This document shows positions 50,161 through 64,000 of a stretch of DNA of 64,000 nucleotides, piece after piece. Numbering within the stretch: the first letter of the stretch is position 1; each line of letters starts with the position of its first letter. The position numbers and the translations under genes are program-made. Source of the stretch: Antechinus flavipes. Taxonomy: Eukaryota. The stretch covers positions 476,966,001 to 477,030,000 of the forward strand of contig NC_067399.1 in NCBI RefSeq assembly GCF_016432865.1. The letters run 5' to 3'. The notes beneath the pieces are model-generated. The model saw only the letters and a program-made list of their open reading frames with translations, was not told where the DNA came from and did no database searches.

Positions 50161-53100
50161 CTGGATTGAAGTTTCTTTTTCTTAAAAACAATAAGTTCTA
50201 TCTAGATGGTTTTCTGTGGGTCCATGTAAAACATTAAGTTGATTATCGATGGTCTCACACACACACACACTACACTTAGGTAGTAAGTCCTAAAGCCAGG
50301 ATTCAAATTCAGGTCCTGTGATTTTAGAATCAATAATCTTTCTACTCCATGTGTTAACTAAATTCAACAATGCAACTCAACCCAATTCAGTGAATATTTA
50401 TTAAGCACTTATTAATTTCTAAGCACTGTGTTCAATAGTAGAGAAGAGACAAAAATAAATAAGAAAAACCCCTACCCTACTGGAAGGGACAATCTAATAA
50501 AAAATATAGAATACACACATCAATAACAAATACTTAACAGAATGTTAATACTCAATAGAACAAGAAAACTCAAAATAGGGTTACAAAGGCTGAAATACAA
50601 TTGAAAATGATTAAGTATCAAACAATTAAACAAAATTACTAAATAACTAAACAACAAATAATATTTAAATAATCCAGGTATCTTCTCAAAAATCTTCTCA
50701 AAAAAAAAAAAAAACTCCAAGGAAAGCCTTGGAGAAAAATGGCAATTTCCAACTTAGAGAATTATAGTGAACTCTAAAGAAATGTCAATTATTGAACCAA
50801 CAAATGTTTACTAGCACAGTGATTGGCGCAAAGTTAGCATTTAATAAAAGCTTGTTAACCGACTCACTAGTTTATCCATTATATACAAAATCTCAGCGCA
50901 GGCACTGTGTGAGATAGAAAGATGAAAAAGATAATCTTTTACCCAAGGAGTTTCCTACTCAATGTATTATCCTGGGGTTATATGGCTTGAAATAAATGAG
51001 CCATCTAACGTAGCTTAGAAATCTCTTCATTATAAGGAGTTTCCTGTTATGGGATTTATGGTAATAGGACTTGACCTAGATCTCTATCTGCATTCCAAGC
51101 TCAAATATTAACTCTCTTATTAAGATGTTAGACACGTCACTTAACTTTTCTATGATTTGGTTTTCTTATCTCTAACATAAGGGCAGTGGACTCCGTGACC
51201 GCTGAGGTCCCTTCTGGCTCTGGATGTATTTCTGTGTTTTAACAACACTACTACCAAGAAAATCTAAATCCCCTTTTATTTTTGTGTTACCCTCACTTCT
51301 TCTTTAAGAGGTAACAATGTAGGAAGTGGAATTCTGGGAGGTATTAGTTGGTATGTAACATAAGGTTGCCAAAAATCAAAGATGATAGAATTTATGGTGT
51401 CCAAAAGTCTTGGAGAAGTTTTAAGCTAAGTTTAAAGGTGAAACTATATATCAGCCAGTTCCATCTCATTGAAGGACAAAAAGCAAAATAAAAGAAGGCT
51501 CAAAGAGAAGCGGCAGAGAACTTGAAACAGAGTATTTCAAGAAAAAAATTCAAGTATTAAGAGGGAACTAGCTTTGGATTCAGGGATATCTGATGTCAAA
51601 TCTACCTCTGACAATTACTAGGTGTATGACCCATGTCAACCTCTCAGAGCTCAAGAAAACTCTCTAAGACTTTTAAATTATAAAAAAGGAATCAAGGGAA
51701 TTAGATGATAAAATTTATAAATGTTACTTAAATTATAGGGAAATCATAAATATGTCTTAATATAATTTAAATTACAGGAAAAGAATCATATTAATGAGTT
51801 GCATCCTTACAGAGATATCTTTACCAATGAAATTAAAAAAAAAAAATCCAAACTAAAAGATGAGGTTTGGACTTTAGTACTTGATTAGGAATACCCCTTT
51901 CCCAAAGAATTTGGAAAACTCAATGGAACTTGTGTTTTGAAATGTCAGAATATACCCATGAGCAATGGATACATGTTAAGGACTATAATATGAATTCAGA
52001 TTTATAAATAGCCACCTGGCCCCCCTCCTATTGTGAGGAATTGATTCTGTCTAATGAATTATAAGGAATGCTGCTTTAATTTAACTACACAGGAAGAGAA
52101 AAAAGTGAGGTAGAAGAGAGAGACTGTTTGGGATTTGTAGAGTCAGTATCATTCAATGAAAAGAATTTTGACATAGGAATCAGTAGTTTTAGTGTAGGCT
52201 CTGTCACTAATTGTGGGATGTCACTTCTTTACTCCTCAGTTTCTTTTATCTATAAATCAAAAGGATTGGATTCTAATATGCCTTCCATCTCTGATGTTCT
52301 ATTTTTTAAAAAATCTTATTTGTTCATAAAAAGTTTGTGTACATTTGCAAGGCCAGAAACTGCAGAAGCAGAGAGGCAATAGTAAGTCATGATAAAAGAT
52401 AGGAGTGAAGTCTAGGGCATTTGACTCTCCAGCTCATGCTCCCTCCCAGCAACTACAAAGAATGAGACTCTCTGCCCTTGGCTTAATTTCCAAGAAACTA
52501 TTTTAGTGACCAGAAGTAACTCAAACATGATCTTGACAGAATTGCTGACTCTGGTATATCTAAATAGATACAAGACACAGATAGGCAGACAAACAGACAT
52601 ACACATACATTTCTTACTGCATTAGAAAGGTATTCCTGAATATGTAAGTCACATATTTTTAGAAGTCACATTTTAAAGAGAATTTGTGAACTTTTGGTGA
52701 TTTGTTTTTATAAAGTAAATAAATATCCCCTAATGTATCTTCCTGGCAAGCCTGACTTTCTATAAATCAGGTTTGCTTAAAGTGAGACTTATTGACAGTA
52801 AATAGATGTTTCCATAGCAGCTTCCCAAATCTGTTTGGGCAATGACTATGAAAAAGAGAATCAAATGCAATTATAGATCTAGAATTGAAAATTATCTAGT
52901 CCAATCTCTTCATTTCACAGATGAAGAAAATAAGGCTTAGGGACATTAAAAGTCTTTCTCAAGGTCACACAAGCATTAAGTGTCAGAAATAGGATTTAAA
53001 CTCAGTTCTTCCTGACTTCAGGGTCAGTATTCCTTCCACTACATTACTGTGTGTGTGCATGTAAATGTGCATATGTGCCATGTATTTATGTAAGTATACA

Positions 53101-53349
53101 GGCATTCATGTATGCATGCATTCTGTGTATATGTTGTGTATGTCTTGGGGAAAGGAAAAGATGAGTTAGACCAACAATCTAAATGACTGAATATAGCTGT
53201 ATTCAATTCAAAAAGTGGCAATTATATGTTAAAATAGATTCCATGCTAAATGAGTAGACAACCTCCACCAAGTGACTTTCCCTAATGATTCTAGATCATT
53301 CAATTTATATCCATCTCCTTTGTCTCAAAATTCTTATAGCATTTATTTT

Positions 53350-53750
53350 CTTTTTAAAAATAGATTTTTATTGGTCTTTTTGTCTTTATATCACTTAGAT
53401 TTCCTTCTATATTCTTTCACCTCCCAGAGAACCATGCCTGATCAAAAAAGACAATTTTAAGAAAAAAATAAAAATAATTTCAAAAATAATAAATATATTT
53501 TTTAAAAATTTGACATTATGTGTAATGTCCACATCTGTAGACATCTCCCATCACCCCATCCAACTCTCCAAAAGACTGGAAGAAGATTCCTTCTACTATC
53601 TCTTCTTTTCAGTCAACTTGTTCTTTAATTTTGCAGCATTAAAAAAAATTGTGACTATTTTTTTTTTTAAAATTTCATTGTGACAGTCATCATGTATATT
53701 ATTTTCTTGATTCTGTTTACTTCACAATGAACTAGTTCATGCAAATTTCC
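53350..53750 (-). mobile_element. Old L1 3' UTR
   Basis: cattgtgacagtcatcatgtatattattttcttgattctgtttacttcac. Confidence 0.65.
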
Positions 53751-55335
53751 TTCAGATTTTGCTTTTAGTATCAATTAATATGTATTAAGCAGCTGTTATA
53801 CATAGGATCCCACAATCTAGCTTTAACTGGAATAGTTTGCTGCTATTTCACATGCTCTAAGATCCAGGAGGATGACTTTTTAAAAATTCTTTTGTCCCAT
53901 ACCCCCACCCCACAGCCTTCTGATATAAAGCTGGGCATGTCAGAAACAATTCTACCATCAATAGAAGCTTATTGTTTCCTTGGAAAATAGAATATCTAAG
54001 GACCTGGCATTATGAGAAGGAAATATGAATAGCAGAATAAAAGTAATTGCTTTATTCCAATCACAATAAACCAAAAATCCCAAAAGCAGAATTATGTATC
54101 AAATACAAAGTCATCATAGTTGAATCCACAAGGTAAAGAAAGAGAATGTCTACCCAAGGTAAAAACAAAACAAAATTAAAATCTTAATAAATTAACACTA
54201 AAGAACTTTACTTAGGCCTCTACTTCAACATACCAAAACCTCAACTCACTCAATTCATAATACACAGTGAATACACATTCAGTGCCCAAATGTAGAGATA
54301 TCTCATAGCAGTCTTGGAATGAAGTCTCTAATCCCCACAAGAGGTATCAAACCCTGAAAAAGGAAAAGGACAATAGCTAAAAGGAGGATAATGAACAGAA
54401 AACTTAAGCAGTACTGCTATTCTACTTTGGTCCTCAAAGTTAGAGGTTAGAGGAGCATAATAACTAAAAAGATAATTGACAAGAATTTTTGAATTAAGAT
54501 AATAGAGAATTGATCTCAAGAAAATTAACAAAACGCTACTAGAGGGAAAAAACTGTTTCTAACTCCAAGGCTTGTAGTAGGTAATTTGGGGGTTTCAATG
54601 ATCAAATACCTAAAAGTAAGATATTGAAATATGAAAGAAGGACAATTTGAATAATATAAGATTATTCTGTATTCATGAGAAATCAAAGAAGAGAGTGGAA
54701 TAGTATAGTCCATAAACAAAAGCCTTTAATCTGCAACCAAAGAAACCATATCCTTCAAAGCCAAGAAAATGCATTTTTTTTTAACAAAAGAGATGTATTT
54801 TCAACATCCCCACGGTGATTAAAAAAAAAGAGGTGAGCAGAATGCTTACCTTGTAAATACTCCTAAATAAAAGAAATATAAGAAATGAAAATCTGTTCAT
54901 TATTAAAGAATGATAAAAACAATTTTTTCATAGTTATAAATTACTGTTTGAAAAAAGAGATTTATATTAGTGGGGAGGGAAGGACAAAGAAGAATTAATC
55001 AAGAGAAAAAAAGACTGAGACTAAATATTTAAAAACTATTAAATGAGTCAGGACAAAAAAATCAAAGAGTTGATTTAATATACCATGGATGAAAGCCCCT
55101 GACTCATTAAGTAAATCTATGGGGTTTTTTTATCTGAGGAGTTAATAGAATGGGGATTGGGCTGAATAAAAATAGGAGAAGGTGACAGGGAGTAGTGGAT
55201 GATACATTTATAACAAATCCATAGGTGAATATTGAAGGGATACTAATTCCTTTTTAGTATCAATATGAAATGGGATTGTGGGACAACAGAATAAAAACAA
55301 GGGAAGATAGGGAATGTGAAATGAGCAATTGAAAG

Positions 55336-55338
<3 letters not shown>

Positions 55339-55376
<38 letters not shown>

Positions 55377-55380
55377 TGTG
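55339..55380 (+). repeat. (TG)n microsatellite
   Basis: About 20 TG units. Confidence 0.95.
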
Positions 55381-55634
55381 TAGTGTGTCCTTCTAATCAA
55401 GAAAAGGAGTACTCTTATAAAAATGTTAACCATAGAAGAGGATGTATACTTTGCAGTAAGAGACAGAAAACTTATTATTCATTTCATCTCGTAGAAATGA
55501 TACATTCAGATACTCACCTTCTCTGAGGTTGTACCTCAGACAAAATCCCACCTTAAATGATGTGATATTTAAGCTTTCAGGGACACCCAACATCTTTGAT
55601 GATAAAGAGTACTTAGAATCAAAGGTAATATAAC

Positions 55635-57270
55635 TTGTTGTTATGCAGTTGTATCTGACTCTTTGTGACCCCCTGGACCATAGTAGATTAAGCCATTCTG
55701 TCACCTATTTCCCAAAGACAGCCTAGGTTCATGTTCATTGCTTCCATGGCACTATCTATCCATCTCATCCTCTACCATCCCCTTTTCCTTTTGTCTTCAA
55801 TTTTCCCCAACATCAGGGTCTTTTCCAATGAGTGCTATTTTCTTATTATGTATTCCATCATTTAAGCTTGACCTTCCAATGTGTACTCAATGAATATTTA
55901 CTAAGTTCATCTTTTTTCCTGATCAAGACACTCTCAAAAGTCTTTTTTAGTACTAAAATCTGAAAGTGTCAATTCTGTAGTACTCAGTTTTCCTTTTAGC
56001 CCAACTCTTATAATCATGCATTAATATTTGAAAAACAATAGATTTGACTCTGTGGACCTTGTTGACAGCTGCTTTTCAGTATGGTGCCCAAATTTGCATT
56101 ACTTTCCAAGGAGCAAGTATCTTTTAATGTCATAACTATAATCACCATCTGCAATGATCTTTGAGCCCATGAATATAAAATCTGACACTATTTCCATTTC
56201 TTCTTCCTTTATTTGATAGGAATTAATGAGGCTAATTACATAATTCTAGGGGTTTTTTGTTTTTGTTTTTAGCTTCAAGCTAACTTTTATACTCTCTTTT
56301 TTTACCCTCATGAAAAGGCTTCTTAATTATTCATGTTCTGCCATTAGAGTGGTATTATCTGGATATCTGAGATTATTGTTCTCCTGGCAAGCATAATTTG
56401 TGTTTTTGATTTGTTCAATCTGGCATTTTGTTTGATGTGCTTTGCATATAAGTTAAATAAGGTGACAATGCACCACTTTATTTTACTCCTTTTCTAAGTT
56501 TAAGCCAATTAGTGGTTCCATGTGTAGTTCTATCTATTTTCATACCAGTTCATCAAGAGACAGGTAAGATGATCTGGTACTCCCATTTTTTGAGGATTTA
56601 GCACATTTTCTTATTATCCATATAGTCAAAAGTTTTAGTGTAGTCAACAAAGCAGTATTAGATGTTTATCTGGAACTCCCTTACTTTCTCTATAATCCAA
56701 CAAATGTTGGCAATTTGGTCTCTAATTCTTTTGCCTCTTTTAAAACTAACCTACTCTTCTGCTAATTCTCAGGTCACTTATTGTGAAGAATTTAAGCAGA
56801 GTCTTAAGCATAGCCTTGCTGGAGTGTGAAATTAATGTGATTGTCTGGTAATTCAAATATTCTTTGGTATTGCCTTTCTTTAGGATAGGGATATTTTCCT
56901 CCTCCCCCAATCTAGTAGTTGACTACAACACTTTTAACAGAATCATCTTTTAGGATTTTTAAATAGCTCAGCTGGAATTCCAAAACCTCCATGAGTCTTA
57001 CTGTTAGCAATACTTCCTAAGGCCACTTGACTTCATTCTTTGGGAGGACTGGCTCTAAATTAGAAATCACACTTATTGATGATGTTAAGATGTATAATTT
57101 TGCAACCTCTTCTTAATCTTTTCTATTTTTGTTTAATCCCTATCATTTTTGTCTTTTATCATGCCCATTTTTACAAGGAATATTTCTTTGATGCTTATAA
57201 TTTCCTTGAAAAAAATCTCTTTCCCATTCTATTGTCTTCTTTTTTTTGTACTGCTCATTTAAGGATGACC
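55635..57270 (-). mobile_element. BovB (RTE-clade LINE), 5'-truncated, about 1.6 kb
   Basis: catctcatcctctaccatcccc...catcagggtcttttccaatgag...ttccaaggagcaagtatcttttaat...caccatctgcaatgatctttgagccca match recalled BovB antisense sequence; (CAA)n-type tail at 55635. Confidence 0.85.
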
Positions 57271-59344
57271 TTAGAAATGGAATCTAACCATGGTAGTGAT
57301 GAAGGTAAAACTTGGAATAGAGAATGATTTCAACCACAAAATAGTGCATCCATTTTCCATTGCTTCCTTCATGAACTGATATTTCAATGAGACAAAGCAA
57401 GAGAAAAACAACAATGTATTATCTCCAAAGGTAACAATAGAGAAAGAGGATACATTAAAAGTAAAATATAGCAGAAATAAGAAAGGACTAGACAAAAATT
57501 AACAATAATAATAATTTTAAAATTGGTTAGAAGAGGCCATTTCAAAATATTTCAGAAGTTCTACTCTCTTGAAAGACAGAGAGAATAAAAAGAGACCAAG
57601 TAATGGTTAGAGATGAATTTTTAAAAAGTATATTTGACAATAGACTAGAATGAAAGAAAAATAATTACAAAGACAAAGCAAAGAAAAATGTCCTAGGAAA
57701 GTCACAGCAAAAAGAATAAATAAGAAGTTTGTAGAAGAGATTTTTAGCAATTCATTTAAGTGAGCAAGATAAGAGCAGGGTCACAAGAAAGAGAGAAAGA
57801 AAAACAACTATTTTATAATTATAAAACTATAAGTAAATCCCAAGAACTTAATATAGGAAAGCTATATGGGAGCAAAGGAAGAGGTAAAAAAAAAAGTTAT
57901 AAATTAACATCAAAATAGTGTAAATAAAATTAATCACAATCAAAGGATTTAAAAATAAAGTGATTAAAAAATCAATAAAAATAGAGGCAAACACAGACAA
58001 ATAATCATAATTTTAATGTGAATGAATTAAACAATTTAAAACATAAAACAAGAAGGAGTGACAGAATGTATAAGCAGGGGGAAAGTCTAACAATCTGCTG
58101 TATAAAGCAGCATACCTAAAAAATAGATATACATACAGAATGAAAATGAGAGTCTGGAGAAAAATTGACTATGTATCAGGTGATTTTTTTTTTAAGTTTA
58201 AGTTGCAATCATGATTTCAGACAAAGCAAAAATAAAAACCCTTAACACGAAGAAGTATTATGAAAGTAAGGAAACTACAAAACAATTAAATGATTTATAA
58301 TCAAAGAATCAATATTAGTACTTAAAACATATATACACCAACTAGCATGTTATTTAAATGTATAAAGAAAAAGTTAATTTACTTGCAAAAAAAGACATGG
58401 CTATTAACATACTATTTGTAAGAGGTGTTTATGTACCTCTCTCAAAACAGGGCATGTCTAATAGAAAGATTTTTAAAATGAAAATATAAGATTAAACAAA
58501 TTGTTGGATAATATAGAACTGGAAAAAAAGGTATATTGTGAATGAGAGCTTTGAAGAATATACATATTTCTTAGCACCAAATGGTACTTTTACAAAAATA
58601 GAATGTGTCCTGAAGCACAAAGAAGTTATAAATAAATCTTTTTAAAAATCACAAATACTCATTTATGGATCATAGCCCAATAAAATAGTAATTTAATAAT
58701 AATAATTACCAAGAATAGTAAAATAAGCAAGTGATATTAACTTAAATAGAGATTTTGTAATGGTGTTCTCAATGAATGTGCTGAAGGATAAATAATAGAC
58801 AATTATCATATAAAAAATAATGATAGCATACCAAAACTCTTGAAATGCAGTAAAGGAAGTTCTAAGAGGAAAAATATGTCTTTAAAAATCACATACTAAC
58901 AAAATAAAAATAAAATTAAGAAAGGCTTGATGAACTGACTTCATATAAAAGGATTAGAAAATCAGGAAATACACAATCACAAAATAAACATAGATGAAGA
59001 AATCTCAAAAATTCAAATGGAAATATAAGGAATACAGTGAAGGGAAAGACATAGAATCCTCCAGAAAAAAAAAATTGGTTCTTTAAAAAGATGAACAATA
59101 TTTATAAACTTTTAACTAATAGAATAAAAAAAAAGGTGAAAATCAAAGAACATTTAAAAATGAATAGAGGAAAGAAAATTCAAAACTTGGTATATACATT
59201 ATGTTTCAATAAAGCTGAGATCTAAAGGAAATGGAGGATAATCTATAAAAATATAAAATTCCCAAGATAAGAAAATATAAAAATAGAACTTAGAAACAAA
59301 ATCTGAGGGAAAAAAAAAGAAATTAAATTACTTTCAAAGAAACT

Positions 59345-61015
59345 ACATTCATCTAGAAGAACAAAAGGTCAAGAATTTCAAGGGAACTAATGAAAAAAAA
59401 ATCAAATGAAGGTGGCCTAGATGTACCAGATCCCAAAACTATATTATAAAGCAGTGGTCATCAAAACCATTTAGTACTAGCTTAGAAGTAGACTAATGGA
59501 ATAGTTTAGGTTCACAGGACAAAATAGTCAATACCTATAGCAATCTATATTTGACAAACCCAAAGACCCCAGATTTTGGGATAAGAATTCACCTTTTGAC
59601 AAAAACTTCTGGGAAAATTGGAAACTAGTATGGCAGAAATTAGGCATTGACTCACACTTAACACCATATACCAAGATAAGGTCAAAATAGGTTCATGATC
59701 TAGGCATAAAGAATGATATTATAAATAAATTAAAAGAACATAAGATAGCTTACCTCTCAGATATGTGGAAGAGTAAGGAATTTGTGACCAAAGAAGAACT
59801 AGTCATCATTATTGATAACAAAATAGATAATTTTGATTATATTAAGTTAAAAAGTTTTTGTAGAAACAAAATTAATGCAGACAAAATTAGAAGAAAAGTA
59901 ATAAACTGGGAAAATATTTTTACATTCAAAGGTTCTGATAAAGGCCACATTTCAAAAATATATAGAGAATGACTCAAATTTATAAGAAATCAAGCTGTTC
60001 TCCAATTGATAAATGGTCAAAAGATATGAACCGATGATTGATGATGAATGACATTGAAACTCTTTCTAGTCATATGAAAAAGTGCACCAAATCACTATTG
60101 ATCAGAGAAATGCAAATTGAGATACCACTATACAACTCTCAGATTGGCTAAGATGACAGGAAAAGATAATGACAAATGTTGGAGGGGATGTGGGAAAACT
60201 GGAACACTGATACATTGTTGGAGGAACTGTGAACGAATCCAACCATTTGGGAGATCAATTTGGAACTATGCTCAAAAAGTTATTAAACTGTGCATACCCT
60301 TTGACCCAGCAGTGTTTCTACTGGGGTTATATCCCAAAGAAATCTTAAAGGAGGGAAAAGGATTCACATGTGCAAAAATGTGTCAGATGTTTTTGTAGTG
60401 GCTAGAAACTGGAAACTGAATGGATGTCCATCAATTGTAGAATGGCTTAATAAATTATGGTATATGAATCTTATGGAATATTATTATTCTAATAGGAAAT
60501 GATCAACAGAATGATTTCAGAAAGGCCTGGAGAGACTTACATGAACTGATGCTAAGTGAAATGAGCAAAACCAGGAGATCATTATACATGGCAACAACAA
60601 GACTATAAGATGATCAATTCTGATGGACATGGTTCTCTTCAACAATGAATTGATTCAGATAAGTTCCAATTGTTCAGTAATGAAGAGAGCCATCTACACT
60701 CAGGGAGAGGACTGTGGGAACTGAGTGTGGATTACAACATAGCATTTTCACTTTTTCTGTTATTGTTTGCTTGCATTTTTGTTTTCCTTCTCAGGTTTTT
60801 TTTTTCTTTCTAAATCCGATTTTTCTTGTGCAGCAAGATAACTATATGGATATGTATACTTGTATTGGATTTAACATATATTTTAACATGTATTGGAATA
60901 CCTCCCATCTGGGCAGGAGAAGAAGAGGGAAATTTGGAACAGAAGGTTTTGCAAGGGACAGTGTTGAAAAATTACCCATGCTTATGTTTTGTAAATAAAA
61001 AACTATAATTTAAAA
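59345..61015 (+). mobile_element. Younger 5'-truncated marsupial L1 (ORF2 C-terminal third, 3' UTR, A tail), frameshifted
   Basis: ORFs 59763-59972 (DYIKLKSFC, INWENIF) and 60117-60398 (KCWRGCGKTGTLIHCW, PFDPAVFLLGLYPKEI). Confidence 0.95.
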
Positions 61016-61187
61016 AAATTCATTGTTAAAGAAGCTTATAGTGGGATAAATAGTTCAATTAAAAGTATTGCACTTAAAATTTTTTTTTAAAAATGTCAAT
61101 AAAAATAAAGATACCTCAAAAAAGAAACTATAAAGTAAAAAAATCCTAATCCAAATATATTTATAAGAGAATTCTATATAAAAAAAA

Positions 61188-61330
61188 TTTTTCCCCCTGA
61201 GGCAATTGGGGTTAAGTGACTTGCCCAGGGTCACACAGCTAGTAAGTGTTAAATGTCTGAGACTATATTTGAACTCAGGTACTCCTGAATTCAGGGCTGG
61301 TACTCTATCCATGTACCTCCTAGCTGCTCT
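61188..61330 (-). mobile_element. WSINE1
   Basis: gaggcaattggggttaagtgacttgcccagggtcacacagctagtaagtgttaaatgtctgag...ctctatccatgtacctcctagctgc. Confidence 0.88.
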
Positions 61331-61974
61331 TCTATCAAAATTTTAAAGAGAAATTAGCAACTAAGCTCCATAAATCTCAAAAATTAAGAAAAATCTCTTT
61401 TCTGAAATATAATGAAAATTAATGAAATAAAATTACAAAGCAAAGTTACAATAGATCAATATCAATAATAAATATTGATTTTAAAAATTTTCAAACCTTA
61501 TCAAATAAAAAACCAAACAACTCTATAGTGAAGTCTTCAAAAAACAATTTACTATGACCACACTAGATTTATTTCAGGGATGGAAATATGATTAAATTTT
61601 AGGAAAGTAGTTAACATAATTAAAAACAAAACTACTTCCCAAATACTTATTTCAGTAGGTTCAGAAAATGCCTTTGAAAACATCTAACACTGGTATGTAT
61701 TGAAAACCCTTAAAAGTACAATTATGGAAATGTTATTTGTGTGACAAACAGTATCTATATACATGTATGTTTGTATGTATGTATACATGTGTATATATGT
61801 ACATATACAAATATACACATGTCCCCAATATAGGCATAAAAGCTCCAATTCCCTGAATATTTGACTGTTTTATAAATATCATAATTATAAAAAATATAAA
61901 GAGAAATTATAAACTCTTTCTCTCATTATTTAACTGTTCTATAAATATTAATAATAGCAAAAAAAAGAAAAGAG

Positions 61975-62145
61975 GACAAAGAGGAGGAGAAGAAGAAGGA
62001 GGAGGAGGAGGAGGAAGAGAAAGAAAGGAGAAGGAGGAGGAAGAAGAGGAGAAGGAGAAGGAGGAAGAGAAAGAAAGGAGGAGGAGAAGGAAGAGAAAGA
62101 AAGAAGAAGGAGGAGGAAGAAGAAGAAGGAGGAGGAGGAGGAAAA
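61975..62145 (+). repeat. (GAG/GAA)n purine trinucleotide tract
   Basis: Degenerate GAGGAGGAA repeats. Confidence 0.95.
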
Positions 62146-63559
62146 TTAATAGTGAAAACATGGGAAAAGGAAAGAAAAATATTATAACTATTTACTGCTG
62201 AGATAATGATTGACTTAGAAAATTCCAGAGAATTAATTTTTAAAAGAACTTTGGTAAAAACTTATTGACATGATCTTATCATTATCTATAGGCAGCCTTA
62301 TAGTGCATAGTAGTCTAAGTTTGAGCCCAATCTCCCCATGAATACTATGTATATTCAAAGGAAACCACACTCTACATTTATTAAGAAAACATTTTTAAGC
62401 TACTGTTCTAACTATGCCATCTTACTAAATGCCTTTACTAAGATCAAATTGTGAATACTTTTATCATTGTTAAAAAGAAACACAAAATACAGCTAGTGAG
62501 CTCTATTTTTTAAAAGTACAGATTTGAAAGCTTATTCCTAGAACTTAAAATAGAAATGGACTTGTGGAAATCCAACTCAAAAGTACAAAAAATAAATTGG
62601 AGGAGTAGCCCAGAAAGGGTATTATATTAATATTATTTTACAAAATGAAATTACTTGTAAGAACCAAGCTTGACTCTAGAGACAAGTTGAGAAAAATATA
62701 CTTCCCTCTACCCTTAGTACTCAGGGTGAAAATTTTATATATACTGTGAGGCATTGGTCATTTCCGATGAAATTATTTTTCTTTCTTTTTAAATCTTCAT
62801 AAAAATATAATTCACTGATTAGGGAAGGAGTAAGGACAGTGTGTGAAAAGAAGGATGATATAAAATTGAAATATATCAATAAAACAAAGATAATGGAATA
62901 TTATTTTTGAATAAGAAATGGCATGTAAGGAATTCAGAAAAACAAAGGAAAATGAATAAATTGATTCAGTGTAATAAACAGAAATAGTAGAATAATATAA
63001 ATAATCACTGTAATAATATAAAAGAACACTTAAAGACAGCTATACTTTGATTTAACATAATAACTAATCTCTGTCCCAGAAGATTGATGATAAAGCATAC
63101 TTACCTTTTTTTAGTAAGTAAATGGGAGACTACACATAAAGAATGTTTCTTATGACATGAGACATATTTACTGTATTCATTGGTTTTGTTTGACTCTTTT
63201 TCTTTGTTTGCATGAAAGAATAAGGGCAAGAATATTATATTGGCAAATGATTATCGTTTGGCTGTATCCTCAATGTCTAGCACAAGGTTCCTCTGGCATA
63301 CATAAATAAATATCTGCATAATCTAATGTACAATGCAGACTACAGAATTTCAGGAATGAAATAAAATTTCTATATTCTGCCACTCTCATGCCTTTACTAA
63401 GAGATGAGTCCATAAAAACAAACAAAAAAACATACAAAAAATGTTCTTTATCTTATCTGCATTTGGAGAATAGATTCCTATCTTAACAGTGACTTCCTTG
63501 GTTTTTGTCATTTAAGACCATTAACATTAATTGAAACCAAACTTTAATTTAATTTACTA

Positions 63560-63800
63560 CTTAGGGAAAAATGTTAGTTAAACATGTCACTGTTAGCACT
63601 GTCAGCTCTCTCCCCACTACAGAAAGCATTTAATCTCTACATCTGTCTCTCGGCTTCCCTGCTACCACACCTGTTAATGTCATAGAGCAACAGCAGAATG
63701 GGGGGGGGGGGGGGCGCACAGGCTAGGGAGGAAAACTGTCAAGGTCATAAATACATGTTTTTATACATTAAGATTTTTCTTGAATTCTTAAGTCTTCCTT
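63560..63800. promoter_or_regulatory. Candidate conserved non-coding island
   Basis: Unique sequence with four TGTCA (MEIS/TGIF) motifs, RFX-like GTCATAGAGCAAC, GGTCATAAA, a poly-G run and CpGs. Confidence 0.3.
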
Positions 63801-63853
63801 AGTGAGAACTACCTGGTGAATTTCACTCTGATAATAGAAACCCATTCAAATTA

Positions 63854-63887
<34 letters not shown>

Positions 63888-64000
63888 TAAATCAATGAAT
63901 AAATAAACAAACAAACAAACAAAAAATAAAACCCTTACAACACAATGAAATTAGCTTTAATCATTTTCCTATCTAGTCTGTAACTCAAAATGGCATCCTA

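Larger units (their letters stand above)
46554..50889. repeat. 63-bp inverted duplication, 46554-46616 and 50827-50889
   Basis: 60/63 identity; all three differences are transitions. Confidence 0.92.
53870..63250 (+). mobile_element. Very old near-full-length L1 relic with nested insertions
   Basis: Endonuclease remnant near 58000-58170 (ttaatgtgaatgaattaaacaat; atctgctgtataaagcag); RT remnant near 61520-61720 (tatgaccacactagatttatttcagggatg; gcagaaaa/gcctttgaaaa-like); 3' UTR-like sequence at 62700-63250. Confidence 0.65.

Noticed and set aside
46616-50827. Chromosomal inversion bounded by the 63-bp inverted repeats
   Set aside because: The host L1 keeps the same orientation and collinearity on both sides of 46.6 kb.
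59763-60398. ORFs with CxxxC/HC motifs as a host gene
   Set aside because: These are the L1 ORF2 C-terminus, fragmented by stops and frameshifts.

Overview
Marsupial genomic DNA: AT-rich, CpG-depleted and scaffolded with N gaps. WSINE1-type SINEs, marsupial L1 3' ends, BovB and abundant MIR/L2/L3 suggest an Australian marsupial, probably a dasyurid; the species is an inference. I recognise no protein-coding exon, RNA gene or CRISPR array. The ORF-track ORFs are low-complexity, gap-spanning, random or decayed L1/L3 fragments. The window looks like a large intron or gene desert. It contains dense old repeats, two heavily nested L1 relics (about 42-49 kb and 54-63 kb), an LTR with a tRNA-Lys3 primer-binding site, a probable AmnSINE relic and several CpG-retaining unique islands that may be regulatory or unannotated exons. 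The most unusual direct observation is five pairs of short, locally copied segments (four inverted, one direct; 37-200 bp; 0.4-4.2 kb apart) plus several perfect micro-hairpins, consistent with repeated templated-insertion or template-switch events. No new biological system is demonstrated. Repeat family names come from recalled consensus sequences, not a database search, and repeat boundaries are approximate.
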